A DNA stretch of 64,000 bases from Patescibacteria group bacterium (lineage in GTDB: Bacteria; Patescibacteriota; Minisyncoccia; UBA6257; GWB1-50-10), in assembly GCA_038065455.1 (NCBI GenBank), contig JBBTQX010000003.1:24253-88252 (forward strand), read 5' to 3'. The notes under the pieces were generated by a model. The model saw only the letters and a program-made list of their open reading frames with translations. It did no database searches and was not told where the DNA came from. This document shows, in pieces, positions 29,151-39,024 of the stretch; positions within the stretch are counted from its first letter, which is position 1, and each line of letters begins with the position of its first letter. A program made the position numbers and the translations under genes.

Positions 29151-29959
29151 GAATGAGGCTCGAATCTCCCTTTGTTGAAATCGGCCTGGTCGAAAACCTC
29201 CATTTTCTGGCAAATCAAGGTCGTGAACACCCCGTTATTCAACCAACCGGCAACACTCCGGAAAACACGGAAAGGCAGGGAAAGCTGGCGGCTCAAAAAG
29301 AATTCCAATTTCCAAAACGGCGGGAGCGCGGCCCCATAAAACGTTCGTCCCGACAGAACGAAGAAGAAAAAGTTCAGAATAAAGAGTAGAAAATTCGCGA
29401 TCGGGGCGTAGACGAAAAGATTGGGATATTCGAAGGCCTGGTCCACGGAAAAACCGGCCACCTTGAGGAGCCGCCGGATGGATTCCCGGCTATAGATGTG
29501 CATATGGGTTATCTCCCAATCGTTGTAAAAAGGGATACCAATTACGAAAATGCCGTCGTCCTTGAGGATGCGCCGGATGTTCTTCAAGGCGGCATAATCG
29601 TCGTTCACATGCTCGATAATCGCCGATGCCACAATGACGTCGAAGGATTTGTCCGGAATCTTGGTATCTTCCACGTTCCCAATGATTACTTTTCCTAGTT
29701 CATCATCCGGAAAAAGATCCAAGCCAACGACGTCATATCCGGCCGTCTTGAAATAAAGGTAATCCCGCCCGCCATGGACTCCGACAATGAGCACTTTCTT
29801 TTTATCCTTGGGTATCGTCCGCTCAAGCAGATAATGCCAATCGCTCGCGGCCCCGACGCAGACGAACTGCGACCAATACTTCTCGGGCAAAAGCGCGGAC
29901 TTTTCGCCCAAATAGCTTTTTTTCATCTCCCGATAGATGTTTTTTATTTTTTTCATCAT
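29147..29959 (-). CDS. Class I SAM-dependent methyltransferase.
   Basis: VLIVGVHGGRDYLYF motif I. Methyltransf_11-like acidic motifs. Confidence 0.55.
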   Translation of the reverse strand: MMKKIKNIYREMKKSYLGEKSALLPEKYWSQFVCVGAASDWHYLLERTIPKDKKKVLIVGVHGGRDYLYFKTAGYDVVGLDLFPDDELGKVIIGNVEDTKIPDKSFDVIVASAIIEHVNDDYAALKNIRRILKDDGIFVIGIPFYNDWEITHMHIYSRESIRRLLKVAGFSVDQAFEYPNLFVYAPIANFLLFILNFFFFVLSGRTFYGAALPPFWKLEFFLSRQLSLPFRVFRSVAGWLNNGVFTTLICQKMEVFDQADFNKGRFEPHS

Positions 29960-29968
29960 ATTCTTGAA

Positions 29969-31066
29969 TCAATCGGCTTTGAATTTTAAATCTTCAGTCA
30001 AAAAATAATTCGGATCGGGCGAAAATGACCGCTTTCCTCGGAATATTCCCGAAAAACGCCCGACAATCTTCAGAAACGCGTACGGTACGATGCTTATCAT
30101 GATAAGCCATTTTTCTTTCTTTGAATAATCTTTGAAATATTCCTTCACCTTTTCAAAATAGCCGCCGGCATCCGCTCCTCCAAAACGGCTGGAGAAAAAA
30201 ATTAAAATGGCGTTTGAGATAATCGTCAGCCCGCCGAAAAATCGCAGCCGATTGTGATGCTTTTCGAATCCGTGGCTCCCGTAAAAAGATTCGTAAGCCC
30301 GGCGAAGCGCGATTGTATAGCGGAGCTGGCCCTCCCGAGTTTCAAAGGATTCTCCCTCAAGGCCCACGTGATCCTTGCCGTGGACGGTCTTTACGTAAGC
30401 GGCTTTCTTCGTGACAAAAATAGCCGGGTACTTGGCGAGAATTTCAAGAAATATGGGCATATCAAACGGCTCCCGTCTCTCTCCTCTTTGAAACATGTTC
30501 ACGGGATTATCCAAAACTTTCTTCAATCCGACAATGGAATCCTCCCGGCGCAAAAAAGAGATGAATCCGGCACCGCCCGCCTTGCCCAAATAGATATTGC
30601 TGAAAAACCAATCCGCCGAATACTTGCCCGGCCTCATCAGCACCTCGTCCGAAAATTCCAATTTGCCGCTCTCTTTATCCAGTTCGAATGTGATTATGTT
30701 GGTGATTATGGCGGCCGCATCCGGATGCAATACAAAGCTTTTCACGCCTTCCTCCACATAATTCTTCGAAAGCCAATCATCGCTCCCCAATGCCTGCATA
30801 TAAAAACCCGAGGCATATTCGGCGCACTTCAAAAAATTATTTCCGCTTCCGATATTCGTTTCATTCCGGAAATACTTCACGCGCGGGTCCCGCTTCGCGT
30901 ATTTCATAACCACTTCGCGCGTATCATCCGTTGAGGCATTATCAACCACGATTATCTCTATATTCCCGTAAGTTTGGTGGATGGCGCTCTCTATCGTACG
31001 CCAAACCGAATGAGCGCGATTGAAAGTCGGTATGCAGATACTTACCAAAGGGTTCTTTTCGTCCAT
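29969..31066 (-). CDS. Family 2 glycosyltransferase.
   Basis: VSICIPTFNRAHSV...VVDNASTDDT. Confidence 0.7.
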   Translation of the reverse strand: MDEKNPLVSICIPTFNRAHSVWRTIESAIHQTYGNIEIIVVDNASTDDTREVVMKYAKRDPRVKYFRNETNIGSGNNFLKCAEYASGFYMQALGSDDWLSKNYVEEGVKSFVLHPDAAAIITNIITFELDKESGKLEFSDEVLMRPGKYSADWFFSNIYLGKAGGAGFISFLRREDSIVGLKKVLDNPVNMFQRGERREPFDMPIFLEILAKYPAIFVTKKAAYVKTVHGKDHVGLEGESFETREGQLRYTIALRRAYESFYGSHGFEKHHNRLRFFGGLTIISNAILIFFSSRFGGADAGGYFEKVKEYFKDYSKKEKWLIMISIVPYAFLKIVGRFSGIFRGKRSFSPDPNYFLTEDLKFKAD

Positions 31067-31069
31067 TTT

Positions 31070-31813
31070 CTATCTGATTCTTTTTAAGAATCCGTCATAA
31101 GCCACCGTAATGGCCAATTTGTTTTCCATGCTTTTATCGGGAATGAAGTTCTTGTGCATGCGCAAAAATTCCCGGGCCGCCGTCCACGGACTATTTCCCT
31201 TTCCCCAAGGGCGGTTTTTGATTATCCCTTTCGGCAGGAATTCGGCAATAGTATCAAAGGCCACAATATAACTTCCCTTGGTCACAAGAGGAGAATAAAG
31301 TTCCAGTTCCTTGAGAACGTGGGCGTGGGAGTGATTGGAATCCAAAAATACGATAATTTTCCTCTTGCCTCGAGCGAATTTTTTAACCTTATTCAAAATA
31401 ACAGGGTCTACCGACGAGCCCTCAAGCATTGAAATCCGCTTGAACATCCTATGAGCTTCTATTTTTTGGCGGTTGTGTTCGCGAATATCGGTATCTATCC
31501 CCAAAACCTCTCCCTTGCCGCCGATGAGTTCCAATATGGAAGCGGAAAGAATGAGCGAGCCGCCGCGCGCGATACCCGTTTCAATCACCAAATCCGGCTT
31601 CACGTTCCAGATAAGCTCTTGGATGGCCATAATATCCTCCGGATATTGGATTATCGGCCTCCCCAGCCAATCAAAATTATAAGGATACCTGTCTTTCATT
31701 GCCTGGCTCGCGAAATCAAGCGCGAGTTTTTTGAGCCGCTTGTCGGACCCGAGACGCTTGATATTGGCTTCCCGTTCTTTGGCAAATTCTTTTTCGTCAT
31801 TTTTGAATTTCAC
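31070..31813 (-). CDS. CmcI-family SAM methyltransferase (cephalosporin hydroxylase / rhamnosyl O-methyltransferase family). The probable start is GTG at 31813, giving a GTGA overlap with the upstream stop.
   Basis: YPYNFDWLGRPIIQYPEDIMAIQELIWNVKPDLVIETG matches the CmcI family core. The 31885 TTG start in the ORF track is less likely. Confidence 0.55.
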   Translation of the reverse strand: MKFKNDEKEFAKEREANIKRLGSDKRLKKLALDFASQAMKDRYPYNFDWLGRPIIQYPEDIMAIQELIWNVKPDLVIETGIARGGSLILSASILELIGGKGEVLGIDTDIREHNRQKIEAHRMFKRISMLEGSSVDPVILNKVKKFARGKRKIIVFLDSNHSHAHVLKELELYSPLVTKGSYIVAFDTIAEFLPKGIIKNRPWGKGNSPWTAAREFLRMHKNFIPDKSMENKLAITVAYDGFLKRIR

Positions 31814-32763
31814 TTTTGTTTTTTCAGCATATCTATGACCTTTCCCTCGTCTATTTCGAAAATATCCGACACGGGCCGGAGCCAATCCTCGTTGGCAAGC
31901 TCCCGCCTTATCACCATCTTATTTTCAAGATTAACATTACCGCAGATTTCGGCAAGCAGGGAATCAGCCGGAATATTGGCGCTCTTGCTGTCATCTACAA
32001 CAACTATCTTTTTGGTTTTTTTTACGCTTTCGACTATCGGAGACCAGTCGGTCGCGAGCGCCGAATTCACGTTGAAATGCGCGGCGTTTATCCCTTGTTC
32101 CTTAAGCACCGAATTCAATTTGTGTGTTTGGGGAAAAGAAAAGTTAAAAGATACCAGGGTTGCATCGTTGCCTTCCGAGTATTGGAATATCGTTCCATCG
32201 CCGAATATTTTGAGCGGCTCTCCAGGCTCGATAATATCCATCTTTCCCAATCTCTGGCTTACGCCGATAATCCGGAAACCGGGCTGAACAAGATGTTTGG
32301 AAAAAATGAAATCCGCATCGGCTTTGCTGGTAACCGCAAATCCCGGAATTCTCGCGATGGAGCAAAAATCCGCGAAATTATTCAAGCTGGACTGAGGACC
32401 CTCATAGCCGCTATCGACGACCGTCGCCACTATCGTGAATGAACCGCCCTTCAACTGATGTTTCATGCTTCGAATGATATTATAGGTATTCGCAAGCTGG
32501 TCGATGCCCAACAGCAAGAAATCCATTTGTTTCATAAAAAATACGCCGGAGACGCCGTTCAGCATCAGGCCAAAACCGAAACCAACCAAACTATTCTCGG
32601 CATTCGTGGAATTGAAAATCCGGCCGCCGGGGTTAACCTTCATTCCCCGCGTGAGCCCTCCCAGACAGGAACCGGCATTGATATTCTGCCCAAAAAGCAC
32701 CGCGTGTTCGGGCTTGGCAACTTCTTCCTTGATTAAGTTGTTCAAATATTCAACGTATTTCAT
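31810..32763 (-). CDS. TPP-dependent 2-oxoacid dehydrogenase E1 beta-like subunit (transketolase C-terminal-like).
   Basis: PEHAVLFGQNI...GGLTRGM pyrimidine-binding region. 317 aa. Paired with an alpha-like subunit upstream. Confidence 0.6.
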   Translation of the reverse strand: MKYVEYLNNLIKEEVAKPEHAVLFGQNINAGSCLGGLTRGMKVNPGGRIFNSTNAENSLVGFGFGLMLNGVSGVFFMKQMDFLLLGIDQLANTYNIIRSMKHQLKGGSFTIVATVVDSGYEGPQSSLNNFADFCSIARIPGFAVTSKADADFIFSKHLVQPGFRIIGVSQRLGKMDIIEPGEPLKIFGDGTIFQYSEGNDATLVSFNFSFPQTHKLNSVLKEQGINAAHFNVNSALATDWSPIVESVKKTKKIVVVDDSKSANIPADSLLAEICGNVNLENKMVIRRELANEDWLRPVSDIFEIDEGKVIDMLKKQK

Positions 32764-33658
32764 TTTGCAGTTCTTTCGTTATTTTTTCGGAAAGTTCGGC
32801 GAATTTTTCCCGGCCCATCTCTTCGCGCACGACGAAAACCGGGTCGTTTTCGTTTTCCTGGATGATTACCTTGGTCATGTCCACGGTCGGAGCCGGACCG
32901 GCATGATAATTGATGAATCTTCCGTCATCGGCTCTCCGGTCGCCCAATGTCTTCACTGTCGCCTCAATGCATACAGGGCCGCCGCCCCTCAACGCTTCAT
33001 TTTTCGCGCCTTGAAGCGTTTCAATATATTTATGGGCATGATTTCCCTCCATTTTAACATACGGAATATTGACCGAGCCGGCCATCTGCTTCAAATCGAT
33101 AACGCATCTTCTTTCCGAAATACTGGTTCCCAAAGACCATTCGTTGTTTTCTATCACAAAAATCAGATTCAACCCCAATGTTTTTGCTAAAACCAGGCTT
33201 TCGTAAAAGCTTCCTTCTTCCATGGAACCATCCCCGCCCAAAACAAAAACAGTGCTGTTTTTTCCTTTCACCTTGTCGGCCATACTGATGCCGGCGGAAA
33301 CAGGAAAATTATTTCCCAAAATACTTGAGCTGTAAACGATTCCGCGCTCCGGATTAATGACATTCATCGAACCGAGTTTCCCTTCCGCGAGACCCGTCGG
33401 CAAGAGGAGATATTCGTCCAGTATCGGACGCAATTTTCCGAGCCGAGCCAGATTATAAGCCGCGTTCCGATGGGGTAATATCAGTTTGTCCCCGTCTTCA
33501 AGAACGTGATTCATAGCAACCGCGATTGCTTCGTGCCCCAAAGCCAAATGAACCGGGATTTTGAATTTCCCGGCTTTATATTCCTCGTTTACGAGAAGTT
33601 GGCTGAGCCGCAGCCGCAAAATCTCCTCGGCTATTTTTTCATCGTTCGTTTCCATCAT
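32750..33658 (-). CDS. TPP-dependent E1 alpha-like subunit.
   Basis: FVLGGDGSMEEGSFYESL...FVIENNEWSLGTS matches the TPP-binding GDG...NN motif of E1 alpha. Confidence 0.6.
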   Translation of the reverse strand: MMETNDEKIAEEILRLRLSQLLVNEEYKAGKFKIPVHLALGHEAIAVAMNHVLEDGDKLILPHRNAAYNLARLGKLRPILDEYLLLPTGLAEGKLGSMNVINPERGIVYSSSILGNNFPVSAGISMADKVKGKNSTVFVLGGDGSMEEGSFYESLVLAKTLGLNLIFVIENNEWSLGTSISERRCVIDLKQMAGSVNIPYVKMEGNHAHKYIETLQGAKNEALRGGGPVCIEATVKTLGDRRADDGRFINYHAGPAPTVDMTKVIIQENENDPVFVVREEMGREKFAELSEKITKELQNEIR

Positions 33659-34536
33659 ATGAATGGAAGCAGCATTTTAAGCCCCGTTTCCAAATCTATC
33701 TGAGGTTCCCATCCGATAAGCTCCTTCGCCCGCCTATTGGAAGGATTGCGCACGCTGACCTGCGCCGGATTGCTTTCGATAATATTAACCTTTTTTCCGA
33801 AAATCCGTTCGGCTGTTTCAATGACTTCCCTAAGGGTAACGACTTTATTTCCGGAAAGATTGATGATATTGAAACCCGCAAGACCGATGGATTTTATTAT
33901 TCCCCGGCAGATATCCGAGATATGGACGTAGCGCCGGCCGTTTTTCAAAGATCCGACCGTCACTTCCGGCTGGTTTTTGACCGCGCTTGAAATAGACTCT
34001 ACCGCTCCCCAATTCGCTTTGCGTGGACCGTAAATGATTCCGAAACGAAGAATGGTTGTTGCCAAAAATCCCTGGCTGTAGCGCTGACGCAGGTTCGCCT
34101 CGGTGACAAGCTTCGAGAGGGCGTACTCCGAGGTGTGATTCACAATGTTTATAAGCGCGTCTTCATCCTTCTCCTCATCCCCCTCAAAACGGTCATAAAC
34201 CCACTCGCTCGAAGAGAAGATAAGTTGCTTGGCGTTTTTTTTGACGGCTGCGTTCATCACATTCAGGCTTCCCATCACGTTGGCATCGAAACATTCGTAG
34301 GCCCGGCCGCGGCAGTCCGGATCGCGAGAAAGGGCCGCCAAATGGACGATTGCGTCGACGCCCTCTGGCAGTTCGTCGGCGAATTGCGGCGTGCGGACGT
34401 CCGCCCGATGGAACTCATAATCAGTCGAGGGTTTTTCTACCAGATCGAATCCGACAATTTCCGCCCCCGCCTGGCGCAATTGAGCGATGAGCTCACGGCC
34501 GATGAAACTTTCCGAACCGGTTATAACAATTTTCAT
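33655..34536 (-). CDS. NAD-dependent epimerase/dehydratase.
   Basis: MKIVITGSESFIGRELIAQL. Confidence 0.6.
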   Translation of the reverse strand: MKIVITGSESFIGRELIAQLRQAGAEIVGFDLVEKPSTDYEFHRADVRTPQFADELPEGVDAIVHLAALSRDPDCRGRAYECFDANVMGSLNVMNAAVKKNAKQLIFSSSEWVYDRFEGDEEKDEDALINIVNHTSEYALSKLVTEANLRQRYSQGFLATTILRFGIIYGPRKANWGAVESISSAVKNQPEVTVGSLKNGRRYVHISDICRGIIKSIGLAGFNIINLSGNKVVTLREVIETAERIFGKKVNIIESNPAQVSVRNPSNRRAKELIGWEPQIDLETGLKMLLPFI

Positions 34537-35435
34537 ATCTGTTTTTTACTGAAATACTCGACGGTTTTCTTCACTCCTTCGGAAATTCCTGTTTTAGGCT
34601 TCCAGCCGAGCTCTTTTTTTATTTTTGAGATATTAGCATAGAAACCCCGCGAACGCACTTTTTTAACGCTCCACTTCGGCGCGGGCAAATTTAAATTCTC
34701 ATAAACCTCTTTCACTACTTCTGCCACGCTTGTGAGCCGGCCGGAACCGACGTTGTAGATTACGCTCGGTTTTTTGCTCTTTTCCAAAATTTTTACGAGT
34801 GCTTCGACGACGTCGTCAATATAGACGAAATCATTGGCGCCGGATTTATTCTTCACTTCCGGCATAACTCCGTTCCCGAAGCTCCGCACCAAATGAGCGA
34901 TAAGCGTCCGGGATTTTTGGCCGGGACCATAGGCGAAGAATAATCTGGGCCACAAGAACTGCATTTTATTCTGGAGAGCAATCTGCTCCCCCATCGCCTG
35001 AATCGTCCTTTTCGCGATGACAAAATCCAGAACATGGGCTGGCGGCAAAAGCGAAGCCGATTCTTTCAAAGAGCCTTTGCCATCGCCATATTCCCAACAA
35101 CTCCCGACTGAAAGGAATTTTTTGCACCCAAGCTCGGCCGCCACAGAAATCAAATTCAAACTATTCATCATATTTCCCAAGCTCACGCCAGCGGAAAAAT
35201 CGTAATTCTCCAGCCCTTCCCAAGCCAAATGAATCACGGCGTCCGGCCGGAATTTTTTCAGCTTGTTTTTCCAACCGTTGATATTTTTCAAATCCCCTTT
35301 GATGGAAGAGGGCGACTTGCCGACCCTTCCGGACCTTTTTCTCGAAAGCAGAAGCAATTTATGCTTGCGCGTCAAAAGCTTCGGCACCAGATGCGAACCG
35401 ATGAAACCGCTTCCGCCGGTGATGAAAATTTTCAT
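34533..35435 (-). CDS. NAD-dependent epimerase/dehydratase.
   Basis: MKIFITGGSGFIGSHLVPKL. Confidence 0.65.
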   Translation of the reverse strand: MKIFITGGSGFIGSHLVPKLLTRKHKLLLLSRKRSGRVGKSPSSIKGDLKNINGWKNKLKKFRPDAVIHLAWEGLENYDFSAGVSLGNMMNSLNLISVAAELGCKKFLSVGSCWEYGDGKGSLKESASLLPPAHVLDFVIAKRTIQAMGEQIALQNKMQFLWPRLFFAYGPGQKSRTLIAHLVRSFGNGVMPEVKNKSGANDFVYIDDVVEALVKILEKSKKPSVIYNVGSGRLTSVAEVVKEVYENLNLPAPKWSVKKVRSRGFYANISKIKKELGWKPKTGISEGVKKTVEYFSKKQI

Positions 35436-36640
35436 GAATTCAATAATGATTTTACTGCGGTTTCCAATATCTCTCCAGTTTTCAAAATAATCGTTTTACA
35501 TTCCGCCGCTTCGCCCGCCAGCCTGTCGCTTTCGGTATCCCCGATAAAGACGGATTTTGTCAGATTAAGCTTGTGTTCCCGGGCGGCTTGGAAAAACATT
35601 CCCGGCTTCGGCTTCCGACAAAGGCAATTATCGTCGTTTCCGTGAAAACAATGGTAAATTCCCGCAATCTGTCCGCCGTGTTTTTCAATTTCGGCAGTCA
35701 TTCTTATATGAATATCCTTCAAATCATCTTCCGTCATCAGCCCGCGCGATATTCCCCGCTGGTTAGTAATGATATAAATTTCATAACCCGCTTTCGTAAG
35801 TGCCGTAAACGCATCCAATACTCCGGGCAAAAACTCAAATTCCTCCCATTTTTTCACGTAATCATGCGGAGGCATCTGTTTGTTTATCACTCCGTCACGG
35901 TCAAGAAAAATGACTTTTTTGGATTTGAAAAATTCTTCAACGACCGGTATCTGCCCCACTGTCGTAATCGCGTAATAAGGATGGTCGGTTACATAAGCCG
36001 CAAGGCTATTGTTTTGGATGAGTTTCGGAAGAATCGTGTGTTCAAAAGAAAAATTATCTTTCGGCATCATATCGATGATGTTTTTTTTCATCAAGAAAAA
36101 TCCAATATCCACCGCATTCAAATTGGGGTCTTTGCTGAACGGGCCGTAATAAGCAACATGCTCATCTTCTTGAACCCGAACATTGTTCTCCCGGCCATGT
36201 TCGGCATCACCGTTCACGTTGGAATAAGCCACGAGACTTCCAACAACATTTTTCTCGCTATAAAATTCAACCAATTTTTTGAGATTTAACGGCCAATAAT
36301 TATCGCTGTATAGGAGAAGAAATTCGTCCGCGAGAAGCGGTGCGGCGTTTCTAACCCGAGTACCGGTAAGATCATCCACGCTCCCGATGGAATATTTGAT
36401 TGAAACACCAAATTTTTTGCCGTCGCTGAAATATTCCGTTATCTTCTCCGGCATATATCCCAAAAGTAGAACCACCTCTTTGATTCCATTCTCTTTCAAT
36501 AGATTTATCAGATGTTCCAAAAACGGCTTACCATTAATCAATATCATCGGCTTCGGCCGATCGTTTGTAAGTGGTCTTAATCGTTCACCTTTTCCGCCGG
36601 CCAAAATAACGGCCTGAGTAATCGGTTTTATTTCACCCAT
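35432..36640 (-). CDS. Bifunctional D-glycero-D-manno-heptose 1-phosphate nucleotidyltransferase (HddC-like) fused to D,D-heptose 1,7-bisphosphate phosphatase (GmhB-like).
   Basis: N-terminal ILAGGKGERLRPLT nucleotidyltransferase motif. C-terminal HAD FLDRDGVIN motif plus CFHGNDDNCLCRKPKPGM Zn motif of GmhB. Confidence 0.65.
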   Translation of the reverse strand: MGEIKPITQAVILAGGKGERLRPLTNDRPKPMILINGKPFLEHLINLLKENGIKEVVLLLGYMPEKITEYFSDGKKFGVSIKYSIGSVDDLTGTRVRNAAPLLADEFLLLYSDNYWPLNLKKLVEFYSEKNVVGSLVAYSNVNGDAEHGRENNVRVQEDEHVAYYGPFSKDPNLNAVDIGFFLMKKNIIDMMPKDNFSFEHTILPKLIQNNSLAAYVTDHPYYAITTVGQIPVVEEFFKSKKVIFLDRDGVINKQMPPHDYVKKWEEFEFLPGVLDAFTALTKAGYEIYIITNQRGISRGLMTEDDLKDIHIRMTAEIEKHGGQIAGIYHCFHGNDDNCLCRKPKPGMFFQAAREHKLNLTKSVFIGDTESDRLAGEAAECKTIILKTGEILETAVKSLLNS

Positions 36641-37662
36641 CTCAATCGTTCGTCAATCTCCTTTTTTTCCTGGAGGTATTGAATCTGTTTCAGCCGGTTG
36701 CACTCCCTCCCCCGGAAACGCTCTTCCGTGAAATTTATCTTTTTGAAAAACTCCGTCAATTCCTTGCCTCCCCTATCCAAATCCCATTCCGGCTTGTAGT
36801 AGTCCTTAAGCTCCGAGAGAATCCGCTTAAATGAAACGCGATAGGTTCGCGAGTCCTTGCCGTGCTCGCCGGTAAATGTGAGCGCGCTTCCGGGTACGGA
36901 ACGCTGGGCGGCTTCGGCCAGATCGCGGACGGTATAGTTACCGTTCAGCACACCGACATTGAAAGATCGGCCGGCTACCAATTCCTTGGGCGCTTCCAAG
37001 CCCACTATGAACGCGCTGGAAACGTCCCTTACGTGCACCACTGGGCGCCAAGGCGTGCCGTCGCTCTTTACCTCCACCTTGCCGGTCGTATAGGCGGAGG
37101 CGACAAGATTATTGAAGACGATATCGCACCGGAGGCGCGGGCTCGCGCCGAAGACCGTGGAGGGCCGGAAACAGACGATCATAAAACCATCCGAATTCAT
37201 CTTCTTTAAGGCCACTTCGGCATCCCACTTGGTCCGCGCATAGGCCGTAACACCGAATGGCCCCGCTTCGTCTTCCGCAAGTTCGTGGCTCGTATCCGCC
37301 ACGCCATACATACTCTGCGAGGAGGCGTAAACGAAACGCTTCACGCCGGCGCGCTTGGCGCACTCCGCCAGTTTGAGCGTTCCCTCCAAATTTATCTCCT
37401 CCGTAATCCCAGGCGTGAGTTCACCCAACGGGTCGTTTGAGAGCGCCGCAAGGTGAATCACGGCATCAATACCGGCCAAATCTTCATCGGTAACATCGCG
37501 AGTATCCTTCGTTATTTGGCGTGCCAGGTTCTGAACCGAAACCAATGCATTATCTTTGTAAAAGCCGGTATCGTAGCCAACGACATCATATCCTCGCTCG
37601 CAGAGGACTTCCGTTAGCACCGTTCCTATATACCCCCTGTTCCCTGTTACGAGAATTGTCAT
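36628..37662 (-). CDS. NAD-dependent epimerase/dehydratase.
   Basis: MTILVTGNRGYIGTVLTEVL Rossmann motif. 344 aa. Confidence 0.65.
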   Translation of the reverse strand: MTILVTGNRGYIGTVLTEVLCERGYDVVGYDTGFYKDNALVSVQNLARQITKDTRDVTDEDLAGIDAVIHLAALSNDPLGELTPGITEEINLEGTLKLAECAKRAGVKRFVYASSQSMYGVADTSHELAEDEAGPFGVTAYARTKWDAEVALKKMNSDGFMIVCFRPSTVFGASPRLRCDIVFNNLVASAYTTGKVEVKSDGTPWRPVVHVRDVSSAFIVGLEAPKELVAGRSFNVGVLNGNYTVRDLAEAAQRSVPGSALTFTGEHGKDSRTYRVSFKRILSELKDYYKPEWDLDRGGKELTEFFKKINFTEERFRGRECNRLKQIQYLQEKKEIDERLRWVK

Positions 37663-37717
37663 TTTATAAGATTAAAACTATTTAAGTTTAACCGATAAAA
37701 GTTAGAATGATAAGTGT

Positions 37718-37745
37718 TTGACATAAATCATATATATGCTATTAT
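37718..37745 (+). promoter_or_regulatory. Consensus sigma70 promoter TTGACA-16-TATTAT upstream of the SemiSWEET gene.
   Basis: Read from the sequence. A homologous copy lies at 38934. Confidence 0.45.
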
Positions 37746-37803
37746 ACTTTTCAGTTATTTAACAAAAAAGTATATTATCCAACAATGATAAGGAGACTTA
37801 GTT

Positions 37804-38073
37804 ATGGAAAAAGAGGAAAAATGGAAATTAGCGGGATTTTTAGGAACATGGATAAGTATCATATCTTTTACCCCTCAAGTTTATTCCGTTTGGGTAAATC
37901 TGCCTAAACCAGCGACAGATATATCGCTCGGAATGTATATGATGCTCAGCCTTAGTAGTATTCTTTGGCTAATGTATGGATTAAAAAACAGGATAAAGCC
38001 AATCTGGCTTTCAAATTTATTCGTCCTCGTGTTTTCTCTGTCGATTATAATTTATAAAACTATCTTCGGATAA
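37804..38073 (+). CDS. SemiSWEET (PQ-loop) sugar transporter, 3-TM.
   Basis: 89 aa. FTPQVY PQ motif in TM1. TDISLGMYMM...LWLMYG...PIWLSN pattern matches bacterial SemiSWEETs. AAGGAG SD lies 8 nt upstream. Confidence 0.7.
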   Translation: MEKEEKWKLAGFLGTWISIISFTPQVYSVWVNLPKPATDISLGMYMMLSLSSILWLMYGLKNRIKPIWLSNLFVLVFSLSIIIYKTIFG

Positions 38074-38197
38074 AATCAAATTCCCCATCTAAATAATTTA
38101 GATGGGAAATTTTTATTGCGGAATATCGCATCTTTCCAAAATACTCCGCGGGGAGATACGGAATTTTTATCAAAGATGGTATTTAAGAATCGAGATA

Positions 38198-38872
38198 TCA
38201 ATACCGAGCCACTCTCTTATCTCGTTCATCCATGTATTTCAGAACCTCCGCTGCCGAAATGAGGTCGCCATTTTTATAATATTTTTCTATTTTTGCCAAT
38301 TCGTTAGCCAGAAGCTCGCTCCGAGTCCCTTTCAAAATCCCCTGCGAGTGGGTGATGTGTTCTTCCCAGCTTTGGGGGATGCCAGGGAAACTATAGACTA
38401 ATAAATTCGATTTTGATTTCACGACCGCGCTCACGACCGAGACGAAGGCCCTCAATTGATGGAGAGGTGGAGCGATGATAAAAACGCTTTTCCATCCATT
38501 ATTCTTCGCATAGTCTACCAGTCCCCAAGCTTCGGCATCCGTACTCGGAGGAAACTTATCCGACGGCGGTACGCTGTAGATATCTTCTTTTTTCACGCCC
38601 ATTTCCACCAGCTCGTTTCGCCAATTTTTGAAACCCGGATACCCGAAACCCTCGGGCATCCCGCACAATCCCAGTTTTTTAACCGGGCCCAAGCTATACA
38701 AGAAACCGGCCGCTTTCAAGACCGATGACTGATTATCTTTTGTCTCGCCAAAGAGATAGGCGGCTTCAACCCTGCCGGATGTTGCTGAATCGCAAAGCAC
38801 TCGGGTAATTAACTCGTCTAATTCCAGATAGGAGGATGTGATTGATTTGAAAATTTTTTTCTTTTTATCCAT
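38198..38872 (-). CDS. DUF218/YdcF-SanA-like domain protein.
   Basis: 224 aa. IIAPPLHQLRAF resembles the DUF218 vtsxyHmxRA motif. Assignment is tentative. Confidence 0.35.
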   Translation of the reverse strand: MDKKKKIFKSITSSYLELDELITRVLCDSATSGRVEAAYLFGETKDNQSSVLKAAGFLYSLGPVKKLGLCGMPEGFGYPGFKNWRNELVEMGVKKEDIYSVPPSDKFPPSTDAEAWGLVDYAKNNGWKSVFIIAPPLHQLRAFVSVVSAVVKSKSNLLVYSFPGIPQSWEEHITHSQGILKGTRSELLANELAKIEKYYKNGDLISAAEVLKYMDERDKRVARY

Positions 38873-38933
38873 AAAAGCTTATTTATTCATAATATCATTA
38901 TTATCTTGAACAGGACACTGTTTTAACGAGTGT

Positions 38934-38962
38934 TTGACAGAATAACTATTTAGTGCTATTCT
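38934..38962 (+). promoter_or_regulatory. Second copy of the TTGACA-17-TATTCT promoter module upstream of the small ORF.
   Basis: AGTGTTTGACA...GCTATT.TTATAC is shared with the 37714 region. Confidence 0.4.
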
Positions 38963-39024
38963 TATACAAGATCTTACAAAAATTAAATAAAACCTCAAAC
39001 CAAACACAGAAAGGAAAAGAAGCT

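Noticed and set aside
38953-39024. N-terminal extension of the small ORF in the ORF track (MLFLYKILQKLNKTSNQTQKGKEA).
   Set aside because: It overlaps the predicted promoter. An ATG with an AAGGA SD at 39025 is a more plausible start.
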